DNA from: Minisyncoccota bacterium | GTDB taxonomy: Bacteria > Patescibacteriota > Microgenomatia > UBA1400 > PJMF01 | Assembly: GCA_012515515.1 (NCBI GenBank) | Contig: JAAYYE010000012.1 | Coordinates: 1 to 46,603, forward strand | DNA length: 46,603 nucleotides | Direction of reading: 5' to 3' | Position numbers and translations under genes: made by a program | Shown: one piece after another, positions 1 to 9,343 of the stretch | Layout: every line of letters starts with the position of its first letter | How positions within the stretch are numbered: the stretch's first letter is position 1 | Notes under the pieces: generated by a model | Told to the model about the DNA's origin: nothing | Seen by the model: the letters and a program-made list of their open reading frames with translations, nothing else | The model's database searches: none

Positions 1-87
1 AAAAGCAATTTCAGCACCACGCTTAGCATTACCTCGGTTTTTGCCTCTAAACATTTTTCGGTATTTGACTTTTTTTGGTTGTAACAT
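1..87 (-). CDS. rplP: 50S ribosomal protein uL16, N-terminal fragment (gene runs off the window start)
   Basis: The reverse complement of 1..87 reads MLQPKKVKYRKMFRGKNRGNAKRGAEIAF, the conserved uL16 N-terminus. The ATG is at 85..87. It lies directly downstream of rpsC, as in S10 operons. Confidence 0.85.
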   Translation of the reverse strand, partial: MLQPKKVKYRKMFRGKNRGNAKRGAEIAF

Positions 88-103
88 TGTTTATTTTCCA
101 AAT

Positions 104-754
104 TTAAACGATTTCACCTTTGTAAATCCAGACTTTTATACCAACATAACCTGATCTGGTTTTTGCTGGTTTTTCATAATAATCAATATTGGCTCTTAAG
201 GTTTGAGTAGGAATGCTTCCTTCAAAATATTTTTCGCTTCGACTAATTTCCGCTCCAGCAATTCTGCCAGATAATTGGATTTTTACGCCTTTTGCTCCTG
301 CTCCCATGACTTTTTCCATGGCTTGTTTGACTGCTCGACGATGTGGATAACGAGTAATTAATTGACTAATAATTCTTTCAGCTACTAATTTGGCACTGAG
401 ATCGGGTTTCTTAACCTCTTCAATTTTTATCTCAATTCTTGATTTTTCTTTTTTCTGCTTTGAAGCATTAACAATATGATCAATTTCTGATTTAATTTTT
501 TCTAAATTTTGCCCACCTTTACCAATCACTACTCCAGGTCTGGCCACTTCAATAACTAAAGTTAATTTACTAATCGAGCGTTTGATATTAACATCTACCA
601 AACTAGCATTAGCTAATTTTTCATCAAGATATTGACGCAAACGATAATCTTCCAAGAGGTTGTCTGCATAGCTTTTTTTGTCAGCAAACCAACGAGATTT
701 CCAGTTGAAGATCCCACCCGTTCTTAATAGAATTGGATTAACTTTTTGCCCCAT
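104..754 (-). CDS. rpsC: 30S ribosomal protein uS3
   Basis: 216-aa ORF starting MGQKVNPILLR with a KH-type core (VVIGKGGQNLEKIK). It holds the S10-operon position between rplV and rplP. Confidence 0.97.
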   Translation of the reverse strand: MGQKVNPILLRTGGIFNWKSRWFADKKSYADNLLEDYRLRQYLDEKLANASLVDVNIKRSISKLTLVIEVARPGVVIGKGGQNLEKIKSEIDHIVNASKQKKEKSRIEIKIEEVKKPDLSAKLVAERIISQLITRYPHRRAVKQAMEKVMGAGAKGVKIQLSGRIAGAEISRSEKYFEGSIPTQTLRANIDYYEKPAKTRSGYVGIKVWIYKGEIV

Positions 755-757
755 AGT

Positions 758-1258
758 TTATTTTTTATCTTTCTTAGTTATTTTTTTGCTGCTAGTTTTG
801 CTAGTTTTTTTGCTTGTGTCGGTCTTTTTTGCGCTTGTTTTTTTAGCAGGTGTTGCTGATTTTTTATCAGCTGCTTTGTTATTTTCTTTAACTTGTTTCT
901 TTACCGAATCATCTTTATTCTCAACACTCTTGGTTTCTAATTCGACTACGATGTGGCACGATCTTTTTAAAATGGTGTGAGCTCGGCCACGACTAACAGC
1001 TCTCCAACGCTTGAGGGTTGGCGCATCATTAACAATAATATTTTTGATTTGCAAGTCAGCAAAAGCCAACTGATGATTGTTCATGGCATTGGCAATTGCC
1101 TGACGCAGGGTTTTTAAAACCACTAGGCTCGCTCGACGATCCATGACTGCTAATTGCTTAAGTGCGTCTTCAACCGACATTTTTTTAACCACGTCAGCCA
1201 CATAACGAACTTTACGTGCAGGTTGTCTAGTGTTTTTTTGTGTCGCTATAATAATCAT
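758..1258 (-). CDS. rplV: 50S ribosomal protein uL22 with a ~59-aa Lys/Ser/Thr-rich C-terminal tail
   Basis: 166-aa ORF with a uL22 core (ARKVRYVADVV, RASLVVLKTLRQAIANA, RGRAHTILKRSCHIVVEL), followed by the tail KKSATPAKKTSAKKTDTSKKTSKTSSKKITKKDKK. Operon position fits. Confidence 0.93.
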   Translation of the reverse strand: MIIIATQKNTRQPARKVRYVADVVKKMSVEDALKQLAVMDRRASLVVLKTLRQAIANAMNNHQLAFADLQIKNIIVNDAPTLKRWRAVSRGRAHTILKRSCHIVVELETKSVENKDDSVKKQVKENNKAADKKSATPAKKTSAKKTDTSKKTSKTSSKKITKKDKK

Positions 1259-1274
1259 TTTTATAATCCAATTT

Positions 1275-1559
1275 TTAAGTTTTAGCCAAAATTCTTTTTA
1301 CCATTTTGCCGTGACCTCTAAAAGTTCTGGTGGGTGCAAATTCACCTAATTTATGGCCAACCATTAATTCAGAAATAAAAACCTCAACAAAGTTTTTTCC
1401 CTGATGAACCAAAAAAGTGTGTCCAACAAATTCTGGTGCTACAGTACAAGCCCTACTCCAGGTTTTAATGGGAGCTTTGTCTCCACTATCTTTTTGCTTC
1501 ATAACTTTTTTTAGAAGCTTTTGATCAACAAATGGTCCTTTTTTATTTGATCTAGACAT
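1275..1559 (-). CDS. rpsS: 30S ribosomal protein uS19
   Basis: 94 aa with [16 protein letters not shown] and [16 protein letters not shown] motifs. Operon position fits. Confidence 0.97.
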   Translation of the reverse strand: MSRSNKKGPFVDQKLLKKVMKQKDSGDKAPIKTWSRACTVAPEFVGHTFLVHQGKNFVEVFISELMVGHKLGEFAPTRTFRGHGKMVKRILAKT

Positions 1560-1568
1560 TAATTTCCT

Positions 1569-2405
1569 TTAATTTTTGCTACGTCGATCTCGCACAATCC
1601 ATTTATTAATTTTTTTTGGATTACGAGTCTTTTTTCCTGGAGCAGCAATTTTACCCCAAGGGGTCTTTTGATATCTTAATCCGACACCAGTTCGACCCTC
1701 ACCACCACCATGAGGATGACTGCCGGGGTGCTGAGCAGTACCACGCACTGTTGGACGAATGCCCATTAGTCGCTTGCGGCCAGCCTTACCCAATTTACGA
1801 TTTTTCCAATCGCTATTACCAAGACTGCCTATTGTAGCGAAACAATCAAGATTTATCAATCTAAATTCTTTAGATGGCAATTGGACAATAGCATATTTTT
1901 CTTCTTTTGATTGAATAATTGCTCCCAATCCAGCTCCACGAACCAATTGAGCTCCCTTGCCAGGTCTTAATTCAATATTATGAATGTTCACACCGAGAGG
2001 AATATTTCTCAACGGCATGGCGTTGCCAGTCTTAGTACTCACTTTTTCGCCTGCCACAATTTCATCACCAATTTTTAATTTTTCTGGAGCTAAAATATAA
2101 CGCTTTTCTCCATCTTTATAAGATAATAAAGCAATATTGGCACTGCGCATTGGATCATATTCAATTCTTTTAACTATGGCTGGTACATCAAGCTTATTAC
2201 GCTTAAAATCAATGATTCGTTGACGTTTTTTTACGCCACCACCACGATGACGCATGGATACATGTCCTTTAGCGTCTCGACCCAAACGTTTTTTATGGCC
2301 TTTTCTTAACAAAGACTTTTCAGGCGCACCCTTGTGCAAGTCTGATCGATCGACATCAACTCGATGTCTGCTGCCAGGAGTGCCTGTTTTATTTTTCTTT
2401 AACAT
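1569..2405 (-). CDS. rplB: 50S ribosomal protein uL2
   Basis: 278 aa with RHRGGG, IGNAMPL and RPTVRGTAQHPGSHPHGGGEGR motifs. Operon position fits. Confidence 0.98.
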   Translation of the reverse strand: MLKKNKTGTPGSRHRVDVDRSDLHKGAPEKSLLRKGHKKRLGRDAKGHVSMRHRGGGVKKRQRIIDFKRNKLDVPAIVKRIEYDPMRSANIALLSYKDGEKRYILAPEKLKIGDEIVAGEKVSTKTGNAMPLRNIPLGVNIHNIELRPGKGAQLVRGAGLGAIIQSKEEKYAIVQLPSKEFRLINLDCFATIGSLGNSDWKNRKLGKAGRKRLMGIRPTVRGTAQHPGSHPHGGGEGRTGVGLRYQKTPWGKIAAPGKKTRNPKKINKWIVRDRRSKN

Positions 2406-2710
2406 TATTCATTTCCTCCAGTGTCAAAGAGAGCAATGGTGTGACCCTCAGCCAATTTGACATAGGCTTTTTTAGTTTTTGGACTCACAGTGTTAATGCG
2501 TTTACGACCAGTTTTCTTTTTAACTCGATGTCTCACCACCGTGTTTACTTCTAAAACTTTTACCGCAAACACATCTTCGACTGCTTGCTTAATCTGACCT
2601 TTATGAGCATTCATTAATACTTCAAAAGTATAAACATTCTGCTTATTAGCTAAGCTTAGCGATCTTTCTGTAATAACTGGTTTTTTGATTAAATAGGCAT
2701 TCATGATCAC
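2405..2710 (-). CDS. rplW: 50S ribosomal protein uL23
   Basis: 101 aa lying between rplD and rplB, with 1-nt and 4-nt overlaps. uL23-like (ITERSLSLANKQNVYTFEV, KKAYVKL). Confidence 0.92.
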   Translation of the reverse strand: MIMNAYLIKKPVITERSLSLANKQNVYTFEVLMNAHKGQIKQAVEDVFAVKVLEVNTVVRHRVKKKTGRKRINTVSPKTKKAYVKLAEGHTIALFDTGGNE

Positions 2711-3351
2711 TTTTTAATACTCTTTTTTTTAACTTTATTAAATCGATCTTCTAAAATTTTTAAAGCATTAAGATCAATCAAGATTTTATCTGCCTGAAAA
2801 ACCTGTAAAACATTTAACCTATCAGCCGCAACAATAGAAACATTTTTTAAATTACTTAATGCTCTGTTCATGGCTAAAGTCATTTTACTGACTACTAATA
2901 AAATATTGTCGGTATCCTGACTAAATTTGTTGATTAATTTTTGCGCTTCTTTGCTCTTACCTTTTAAGGTTGTAATATCTTTACTAATAAATAAATTCTT
3001 TTTTTGTAGAGTGAGCGCATAACGCAGAGCAATCAGTTTTGATTTTTTATTTAATTTTAAATTCCAATTTTCTATGCCACGAGGACCATGAGCCACGCCA
3101 CCGCCTACAAAAATAGGAGCATTTCTTGATCCATGACGAGCATTACCAGTACCTTTTTGCTTAAACCATTTTTGTTTACTACGACTAACTTCGCTACGAG
3201 TTTTAGTGTGACTAGAACTCTGTCTTGAATTAGAGCGATAAACTCTGATTGCCTGAGCTAATAGAGCATCTGCATTCTGATCTGTAAACAAGACATCATT
3301 GACTCTCATTTTCTCATTTTTGCTAGTAGAATCTATAACTGGTAATTGCAT
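2707..3351 (-). CDS. rplD: 50S ribosomal protein uL4
   Basis: 214 aa containing KQKGTGNARHGS and APIFVGGGVAHGPR. Operon position fits. Confidence 0.94.
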   Translation of the reverse strand: MQLPVIDSTSKNEKMRVNDVLFTDQNADALLAQAIRVYRSNSRQSSSHTKTRSEVSRSKQKWFKQKGTGNARHGSRNAPIFVGGGVAHGPRGIENWNLKLNKKSKLIALRYALTLQKKNLFISKDITTLKGKSKEAQKLINKFSQDTDNILLVVSKMTLAMNRALSNLKNVSIVAADRLNVLQVFQADKILIDLNALKILEDRFNKVKKKSIKK

Positions 3352-4199
3352 TACGCTGGTGTTTCCTCTTTAGTTTCTTTAATTTTGCTATTTTCTAGCG
3401 CTTCGTCATTTGCTGGTTTTGCAGTTTCTTCGACTGCTGGTTCTGCAGTTTCTTCGACTACTGACACTTCCTCGGCAATCTCTTCAGTGACTTCCTCGGC
3501 GCTTTTCTCAGCAGTTTTCTCTTGTTCTTCTTGCTTATCTCCAAATAAACTACCATCAAGCTCTATTTCTTTTTTTGTGCCTGTTTTTTGAATTCTCACT
3601 ATCGAATTTTTATGACCAGGAACTGGGCCATTTACCCAAATTTCTTTTTTCTCTAAATCAATATGAACCACAACTAAACCTAATACAGTTTTTGTTTCTA
3701 CGCCCAAATGTCCAGGCATTTTTTTGCCTCGCCACACTCTGCCAGGATCTGTACCAGCGCCAATTGACCCAGGTGATCGCTCACGATCAGATTGTCCATG
3801 AGTACTGGGACCACTACGAAAATTATGTCTTTTAATCGAGCCAGCAAAACCTCGTCCTTTACTTGTGCCTTGAACAGCCACCACATCGCCCACTGCTAAA
3901 ACTTGATCTAAAGAAATTGTATCGCCAGCTTTGGTGTTTTCATCTACTTTAACAGCTTTAATTTGTTGAAATCCAGAAGAAAAACCACTCTTAGTAATTT
4001 GAGTTCGAATGGGCTTGCTAACGTTTTTTAGTTTCTTTTTGCCATAAGCCAGTTCGGCTTGAAAAAGCTGATCTTCTTGTTGTTTAACACTTAAGACAGC
4101 ATTGTCATCAACAAACAGCTTGGTAATAGGAAGACGTTTTCCAAGTGTTGACCAGGCTTGAGACATACCGATTTTGGTAGCAAATATTGTATTGAGCAT
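3351..4199 (-). CDS. rplC: 50S ribosomal protein uL3 with a ~63-aa acidic C-terminal extension
   Basis: 282 aa with a uL3 core (KIGMSQAW, GTSKGRGFAGSIKRHNF, GPSTHGQSDRERSPGSIG). The Glu-rich tail reads DKQEEQEKTAEKSAEEVTEEIAEEV...KEETPA. Confidence 0.95.
   Translation of the reverse strand: MLNTIFATKIGMSQAWSTLGKRLPITKLFVDDNAVLSVKQQEDQLFQAELAYGKKKLKNVSKPIRTQITKSGFSSGFQQIKAVKVDENTKAGDTISLDQVLAVGDVVAVQGTSKGRGFAGSIKRHNFRSGPSTHGQSDRERSPGSIGAGTDPGRVWRGKKMPGHLGVETKTVLGLVVVHIDLEKKEIWVNGPVPGHKNSIVRIQKTGTKKEIELDGSLFGDKQEEQEKTAEKSAEEVTEEIAEEVSVVEETAEPAVEETAKPANDEALENSKIKETKEETPA
3412..3459. repeat. Tandem 24-nt repeat, 2 copies with 1 mismatch, inside the rplC tail
   Basis: gctggttttgcagtttcttcgact at 3412..3435 and gctggttctgcagtttcttcgact at 3436..3459. 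On the minus strand these encode VEETAKPA and VEETAEPA in frame. Confidence 0.85.
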
Positions 4200-4250
4200 G
4201 CTTCCTTTGATTTTTTTCTGATCAATTTGGTTTTAGTCCTTAAAAAATAA

Positions 4251-4571
4251 TTACATTTTAATCTGAATATCAACACCAGCTGGCAACTCTAAATGCATTA
4301 GAGAGTCGATGGTTTTGTTAGTCGGATCAATAATATCGATCAAGCGCTTATGAGTACGAATCTCAAAGTGCTCTTGGGCATTTTTATCTGTATGTGGAGA
4401 AACCAAAACAGTAAAAGATTTTGTATGAGTTGGTAGAGGTACTGGTCCAACAACTTTAGCTCCTGTAGAAAGAGCTGTTTGCAGTATTTTACGACTAGCT
4501 TCATCAATTACTCGATGGTCGTAAGATTTTAACCTCACTCGAATCTTGTATGTGTTTTGATTTTTCGCCAT
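4251..4571 (-). CDS. rpsJ: 30S ribosomal protein uS10
   Basis: 106 aa with [17 protein letters not shown] and [12 protein letters not shown]. It is the first gene of the S10 operon. Confidence 0.97.
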   Translation of the reverse strand: MAKNQNTYKIRVRLKSYDHRVIDEASRKILQTALSTGAKVVGPVPLPTHTKSFTVLVSPHTDKNAQEHFEIRTHKRLIDIIDPTNKTIDSLMHLELPAGVDIQIKM

Positions 4572-4677
4572 ACTATTTTCTAAATTTTTCTTAACTTGTT
4601 ATCGGTTATTGCTAAAAAGCAACTGATACCTGATCACTACTTGAGAAAATTTTTTCTTGTAGAAATCACAAAGCGCG

Positions 4678-4706
4678 ATTATAACTAATTTTCTTCAAGT
4701 TGTACA
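4678..4706 (-). promoter_or_regulatory. Candidate sigma70-type promoter for the S10 operon
   Basis: The minus strand reads TGTACA (4701..4706), a 17-nt spacer, then a perfect TATAAT (4678..4683). It lies ~105 nt upstream of the rpsJ ATG and just downstream of the tuf terminator. The -35 is weak. Confidence 0.3.
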
Positions 4707-4803
4707 GATGATAAATAAAAAAACTAGCTTTTAAGCGCCTTTGCTTATCTCCTGTAGTGAGACTTGTATTTTACCAGAGAGAAAAACAAAGATCAAGAGA
4801 GAT

Positions 4804-4830
4804 AAAAAAAGCCCCTGTGAAACAGGGGCT
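4804..4830 (-). terminator. Rho-independent terminator after tuf
   Basis: The minus strand reads GCCCCTG-tttca-CAGGGGC followed by TTTTTTT. Stem arms are at 4823..4829 and 4811..4817, with the T-run at 4804..4810. It starts 20 nt after the tuf stop. Confidence 0.8.
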
Positions 4831-4849
4831 TAAAACATTTTTAAATATT

Positions 4850-6046
4850 TTATTCAATAATTTTTGTGACAGCACCAGCACCAACAGTTAAACCGCCCTC
4901 GCGAATAGCAAAACGAAATCCATCGTGAATAGCTACTGGAGTAATTAGTTCAACGGTCATTTTGGCATTATCACCAGGCATAACCATTTCTACGCCTTCT
5001 GGTAATTTGATTTCACCAGTGACATCAGTGGTGCGAATATAAAATTGTGGTTTATATCCAGAAAAGAAAGGTTTGTGACGACCACCTTCTTCTTTTTTCA
5101 AAATATAAACTTCTGCTTCAAATTTTTTATGAGCTGAAGCAGATCCTGGAGCAGCTAATAGCTGTCCTCTTTCAACACCATCTTTTTCAATACCGCGCAG
5201 TAAAATACCAACATTATCTCCAGCTTGACCCTGATCTAACATTTTTCTAAACATTTCTACACCAGTGACTGTTGTGGATTTTTTGTCGCGAATACCAACA
5301 ATATCAACGGTTTCACCAACTTTGATTACGCCAGTTTCAATACGGCCTGTAACCACAGTGCCACGACCCTTGATTGAAAATACATCTTCAATATACATAG
5401 AAAATGGTTTTTCAATATCGCGAACTGGTTCTGGAATATAATCATCAACTGCTTCAAATAATTTCATGATGCCATCTTCAGCTTCTTTGTCTCCTTCTAA
5501 AGCTTTGAGGGCGCTCACTCTAATTACTGGAACATTATCACCATCATATCCATATTTTGATAATAGTTCGCGAACTTCCATTTCTACTAAATCTAGCAAT
5601 TCCTCATCCTTAACCATGTCACATTTGTTTAAAGCGACAATTAGTTTAGGTACGTTAACTTGCTTAGCCAACAAAATATGCTCTCTAGTTTGAGGCATTG
5701 GGCCATCAGTCGCTGCTACCACTAGAATTGCACCATCCATCTGAGCTGCACCAGTAATCATATTTTTGATGTAGTCAGCGTGTCCTGGAGCATCAATGTG
5801 AGCGTAGTGACGTTTTTCTGTTTCGTACTCAACATGAGAAATATTGATAGTAATACCTCGAGCAACCTCTTCGGCACTATTTTCAACATCTTCATATTTT
5901 AGCGCTTTATTAATATCCGAAGGATATCTTTTAGCTAATACTTGTGTCATTGCTGCTGTTAAAGTGGTTTTGCCATGATCAATATGACCAATGGTTCCAA
6001 CATTAACGTGAGGCTTATTTCTGACAAATTTTTGTGCATCTGCCAT
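4850..6046 (-). CDS. tuf: Elongation factor Tu
   Basis: 398 aa with [18 protein letters not shown] and NKCD GTPase motifs. An AAGGAG Shine-Dalgarno sequence lies upstream. Confidence 0.99.
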   Translation of the reverse strand: MADAQKFVRNKPHVNVGTIGHIDHGKTTLTAAMTQVLAKRYPSDINKALKYEDVENSAEEVARGITINISHVEYETEKRHYAHIDAPGHADYIKNMITGAAQMDGAILVVAATDGPMPQTREHILLAKQVNVPKLIVALNKCDMVKDEELLDLVEMEVRELLSKYGYDGDNVPVIRVSALKALEGDKEAEDGIMKLFEAVDDYIPEPVRDIEKPFSMYIEDVFSIKGRGTVVTGRIETGVIKVGETVDIVGIRDKKSTTVTGVEMFRKMLDQGQAGDNVGILLRGIEKDGVERGQLLAAPGSASAHKKFEAEVYILKKEEGGRHKPFFSGYKPQFYIRTTDVTGEIKLPEGVEMVMPGDNAKMTVELITPVAIHDGFRFAIREGGLTVGAGAVTKIIE

Positions 6047-6115
6047 AACTTTTATCTCCTTTTTTAATAATTACTAATAATTTTTAATCTACTTATTATA
6101 CACCAAGCAATGAAA

Positions 6116-8248
6116 TTAGGCTTTCTTACCTTTTCTTTCTTCAATAATTGCTTCAGTGATATTACGTGGCACTTCTGCATAGTGGCTAGGTAATAAGACG
6201 CTTGTAGCTCGACCCTGGGTCATGCCACGTAAAGAGGTTACATAACCTTGCATTTCTGCCAATGGCGCAATCGCAGTAATAATACTGATATTACCCCTTT
6301 GATTCGTGCCTTGGATTTGGGCGCGTCGACTGCCTAAATCACCAATGACATCACCCATAAATTCTTCTGGAGTGCTCACTTCGACCTTCATAATTGGCTC
6401 AATGAGGATCATGTCTGCTTTGGCGACTGCATCACGCATAGCAAAAGAACCTGCCATCTTAAAGGCTAATTCGCTAGAGTCAACTTCGTGATAAGAACCA
6501 TCATATAAACTGACTTTGACATCAACCATTGGATAGTTGGCCAAAAAGCCTCGTTCTAGAGCCTCTTTAACTCCTTTATTGGTCGGTTCAATATATTCTC
6601 GAGGAACTGCGCCACCTTTAATTTCATTAACAAACTCATAGCCGGTGCCACGCTCTTTAGGTTCAATGCGTAATAAAACATGTCCATATTGACCTCGACC
6701 ACCAGATTGTTTGATATATTTACCTTCACCTTCTGCCAACTGTTTAATAGTTTCGCGATAAGCAACTTGAGGCTTGCCAACATCAGCTTCAACATGAAAT
6801 TCTCGTTTTAAACGATCAACAATAATTTCTAGATGTAATTCGCCCATACCACCAATAATAGTTTGACCAGTGTCGGGATCGGATTTGATGCTAAAGGTAG
6901 GATCTTCCTCACTTAATTTAGCTAGTGCCATGCCCATTTTTTCTTGATCAGCCTTAGTGTGTGGTTCTATGGCCAAATAGATAACTGGTTCAGCAAAAGT
7001 AATACCCTCTAACACAATCGGCATGCTTTCATCACACAAAGTGTCACCAGTTTTGGTGTCTTTTAAGCCAATCATGGCAACAATTTCACCAGCTACTCCT
7101 TGAGTAATTTCTTCTCTTTGATTAGCATGCATTAATAATAAGCGACCCAATCTTTCTTTAATATTTTTACTGGAGTTATAAACATAACTACCAGATTTCA
7201 AAACACCAGAATAAATTCTAAAATAAGTTAATTTACCAACGTGAGGATCTGTTTGAATTTTAAAAGCTAGGCCACAAAATTTTTCTTCTGGAGTTAACTT
7301 GCGTTCAGTCTGCTCTTCAGTGCCTGGCTTTAAGCCAGTAATATGATCAATATCCATAGGAGAAGGCAAGTATTCCACAACGGCATCTAACAAAGGCTGT
7401 AAACCAGTATTTTTTAATGATGAACCAGCATAAACTGGCACCAATTTGTAATCGATAACTGCTTGACGGAGAGCCGCTTTTAATTCGTTGATTTCAATTT
7501 CTTCTGAATTGAGAAATTTCTCCATTAAGTGATCGTTTGTTTCAGCAACTAATTCGATTAATTCTGCTCGTAATTTATCCACTTCTGCTTGATATTTTTC
7601 TGGTATGTCTTTAATTTCTGGCTCAGTAGCTACTTGATGATCTTCCCAAAAATAAGCTTTACCCGCTAACAAATCAATTACACCTTCAAAATGATCTTCA
7701 CTACCCATGGGCAAAACCATCACTGCCGGCTTTACGCCAAATTTGTTGCGAATATCTTCGACCGTTGCTTTAAAATCTGCGCCTAATTTATCCATTTTAT
7801 TAACAAAACAAATTCTTGGCACATTATATTTATCAGCTTGGCGCCAAACGGTTTCTGATTGAGATTGGACACCTTCACTGGCATCTAAGACCGTAATACC
7901 GCCATCCAAAACTCGAAGAGATCTTTCAACTTCAGCAGTAAAATCTACGTGCCCTGGGGTGTCAATGATATTAAAACGATAGCGTTCTTTCGCTAAACGA
8001 GTTTCAAAATAAGGCTCCCAAAAACAAGTGGTAGCTGCTGACATGATAGTGATGCCTCTTTCTTGTTCCTGAGCCATCCAATCCATAGTCGCTGCGCCTT
8101 CATGCACCTCGCCGATTTTATAATTTCGCCCGGTATAAAATAAAATTCTTTCAGTGGTAGTGGTTTTACCAGCATCAATATGGGCAATAATGCCAATGTT
8201 TCTAATTCTGTCTAAAGCCACAGTGCGTTGATTTGATATTCCTGACAT
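6116..8248 (-). CDS. fusA: Elongation factor G
   Basis: 710 aa with [20 protein letters not shown] and NKMD. str-operon position fits. Confidence 0.99.
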   Translation of the reverse strand: MSGISNQRTVALDRIRNIGIIAHIDAGKTTTTERILFYTGRNYKIGEVHEGAATMDWMAQEQERGITIMSAATTCFWEPYFETRLAKERYRFNIIDTPGHVDFTAEVERSLRVLDGGITVLDASEGVQSQSETVWRQADKYNVPRICFVNKMDKLGADFKATVEDIRNKFGVKPAVMVLPMGSEDHFEGVIDLLAGKAYFWEDHQVATEPEIKDIPEKYQAEVDKLRAELIELVAETNDHLMEKFLNSEEIEINELKAALRQAVIDYKLVPVYAGSSLKNTGLQPLLDAVVEYLPSPMDIDHITGLKPGTEEQTERKLTPEEKFCGLAFKIQTDPHVGKLTYFRIYSGVLKSGSYVYNSSKNIKERLGRLLLMHANQREEITQGVAGEIVAMIGLKDTKTGDTLCDESMPIVLEGITFAEPVIYLAIEPHTKADQEKMGMALAKLSEEDPTFSIKSDPDTGQTIIGGMGELHLEIIVDRLKREFHVEADVGKPQVAYRETIKQLAEGEGKYIKQSGGRGQYGHVLLRIEPKERGTGYEFVNEIKGGAVPREYIEPTNKGVKEALERGFLANYPMVDVKVSLYDGSYHEVDSSELAFKMAGSFAMRDAVAKADMILIEPIMKVEVSTPEEFMGDVIGDLGSRRAQIQGTNQRGNISIITAIAPLAEMQGYVTSLRGMTQGRATSVLLPSHYAEVPRNITEAIIEERKGKKA

Positions 8249-8340
8249 AAAAATTCTAAAACTATTTTACTTTTAATAAAAAATTAATTTATATAAACAA
8301 TAATTCTATAGTTATTTCTGCAAAATAACTAGCAGCCGAT

Positions 8341-8817
8341 TTACCAACGAAAATGAGAAAAAGCTTTATTGGCTTCAGCCATACGATGAGAGGTATTACG
8401 TTTCTCAATAGCTCCCCCTTGCTCTTGCAAAGCATCTAAGATTTCCGCAGCTAATTTTTCTGCATAAGAATGATATTGTTTATTTGCTCTTCCATTGGCT
8501 TCATTAACTAACCAACGAATGCTTAAAGATCTAGCTCGTAAATCTCTAACTGCCATTGGTACTTGATATGAAGCGCCTCCAACACGGCGAGTCCTCACTT
8601 CCATTTTTGGCTTAATTTTATCTAAAGCTTCTTCTAAAACTTCTGGGGCTTTACGCTTGGTTTCTTTAGCAATGATATCTAAAGCCGCATAAACTTGTTT
8701 TTGGGCTACAGATTTTTTACCATCTTTCATGCTGCGATTAATTAAATGTTGGATTAGGGTAGATCCATATTTAACATCTTTAGTAACTAGACGAGTGTTG
8801 GCTTTTTTTGTTCTCAT
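8341..8817 (-). CDS. rpsG: 30S ribosomal protein uS7
   Basis: 158 aa with MKDGKKSVAQK, EVRTRRVGGASYQVP and ANKAFSHFRW. Confidence 0.97.
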   Translation of the reverse strand: MRTKKANTRLVTKDVKYGSTLIQHLINRSMKDGKKSVAQKQVYAALDIIAKETKRKAPEVLEEALDKIKPKMEVRTRRVGGASYQVPMAVRDLRARSLSIRWLVNEANGRANKQYHSYAEKLAAEILDALQEQGGAIEKRNTSHRMAEANKAFSHFRW

Positions 8818-8821
8818 AAAA

Positions 8822-9232
8822 TTAACCCCTCTTTACACCATATTTGCTGCGACTAGATTTACGACCTTCAACTCCAGCACAATCATACTTACCTCTGACA
8901 ATATGATATTTCACTCCTGGCAAATCTTTTACTCTTCCTCCACGAACTAAGACCACACTGTGTTCAGCTAAATTATGACCTTCACCAGAAATATAGGCTG
9001 TTACTTCAACCTTATTTGATAATCTAACTCTAGCAACTTTACGCAGCGCTGAATTAGGTTTTTTTGGAGTCATGGTTTTCACCACAGTACACACTCCTCT
9101 TTTTTGAGGATTACTGGTTTTGGTAGGGCGATTCGTATTAGTATTAAAACTTCTACGCAAAGCAGTCGATTTAACTCGCTGAGGTCTTCTTTTTCTTCCG
9201 CCTTTTCTAATTAATTGATTAATCGTTGGCAT
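8822..9232 (-). CDS. rpsL: 30S ribosomal protein uS12
   Basis: 136 aa with [27 protein letters not shown] and [21 protein letters not shown]. Confidence 0.98.
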   Translation of the reverse strand: MPTINQLIRKGGRKRRPQRVKSTALRRSFNTNTNRPTKTSNPQKRGVCTVVKTMTPKKPNSALRKVARVRLSNKVEVTAYISGEGHNLAEHSVVLVRGGRVKDLPGVKYHIVRGKYDCAGVEGRKSSRSKYGVKRG

Positions 9233-9294
9233 AATTTTTTTAGATTTTTTCTAATTTCAGTATAATTTATTTTATTTCTAATAGCTGAAGGGCA

Positions 9295-9323
9295 ATTTTA
9301 ACACAAGGTATCAAGATTATCCA
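9295..9323 (-). promoter_or_regulatory. Candidate promoter for rpsL-rpsG-fusA-tuf
   Basis: The minus strand reads TGGATA (9318..9323), a 17-nt spacer, then TGtTAAAAT with the -10 at 9295..9300. It lies in the 111-nt rpoC-rpsL spacer. Confidence 0.3.
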
Positions 9324-9343
9324 GAATGTTTATTGCAAACTGT

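Noticed and set aside
678-980. Plus-strand ORFs antisense to minus-strand genes: 678..980, 1616..1837, 3346..3591, 5466..5693, 12393..12635, 15319..15627, 20496..20861, 22792..23124, 34258..34593, 39683..40006, 40625..40882, 41321..41868 and 46099..46377.
   Set aside because: Each lies fully inside, or straddles, a strongly supported minus-strand gene. Their products are low-complexity (Ser/Leu/Phe-rich mirror images of Lys/Glu-rich genes). None has a Shine-Dalgarno sequence or promoter signals. AT-rich genomes generate such antisense open frames by chance.
3412-3500. Short tandem repeats as a possible CRISPR or minisatellite locus; the same applies to 40378..40419.
   Set aside because: Only two copies are present with no spacers. 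The first set is in frame within rplC and the second is a simple 3-prime-end duplication. No cas genes are present.
3698-4276. Minus-strand alternative-frame ORFs inside other genes: 3698..3886 and 4091..4276 in rplC, with similar cases at 6556..6795 and 7993..8196 in fusA, 19795..20004, 21910..22158, 22777..22998 and 32394..32591.
   Set aside because: They are embedded out of frame in conserved genes. They show no recognisable similarity and no initiation signals.
8310-8330. An 8-bp hairpin, AGTTATTT-ctgca-AAATAACT, just downstream of rpsG; a possible attenuator before fusA.
   Set aside because: The stem is made entirely of A-T pairs, so it is very weak. It is not followed by a clean U-run. 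Such palindromes are expected by chance in AT-rich spacers.
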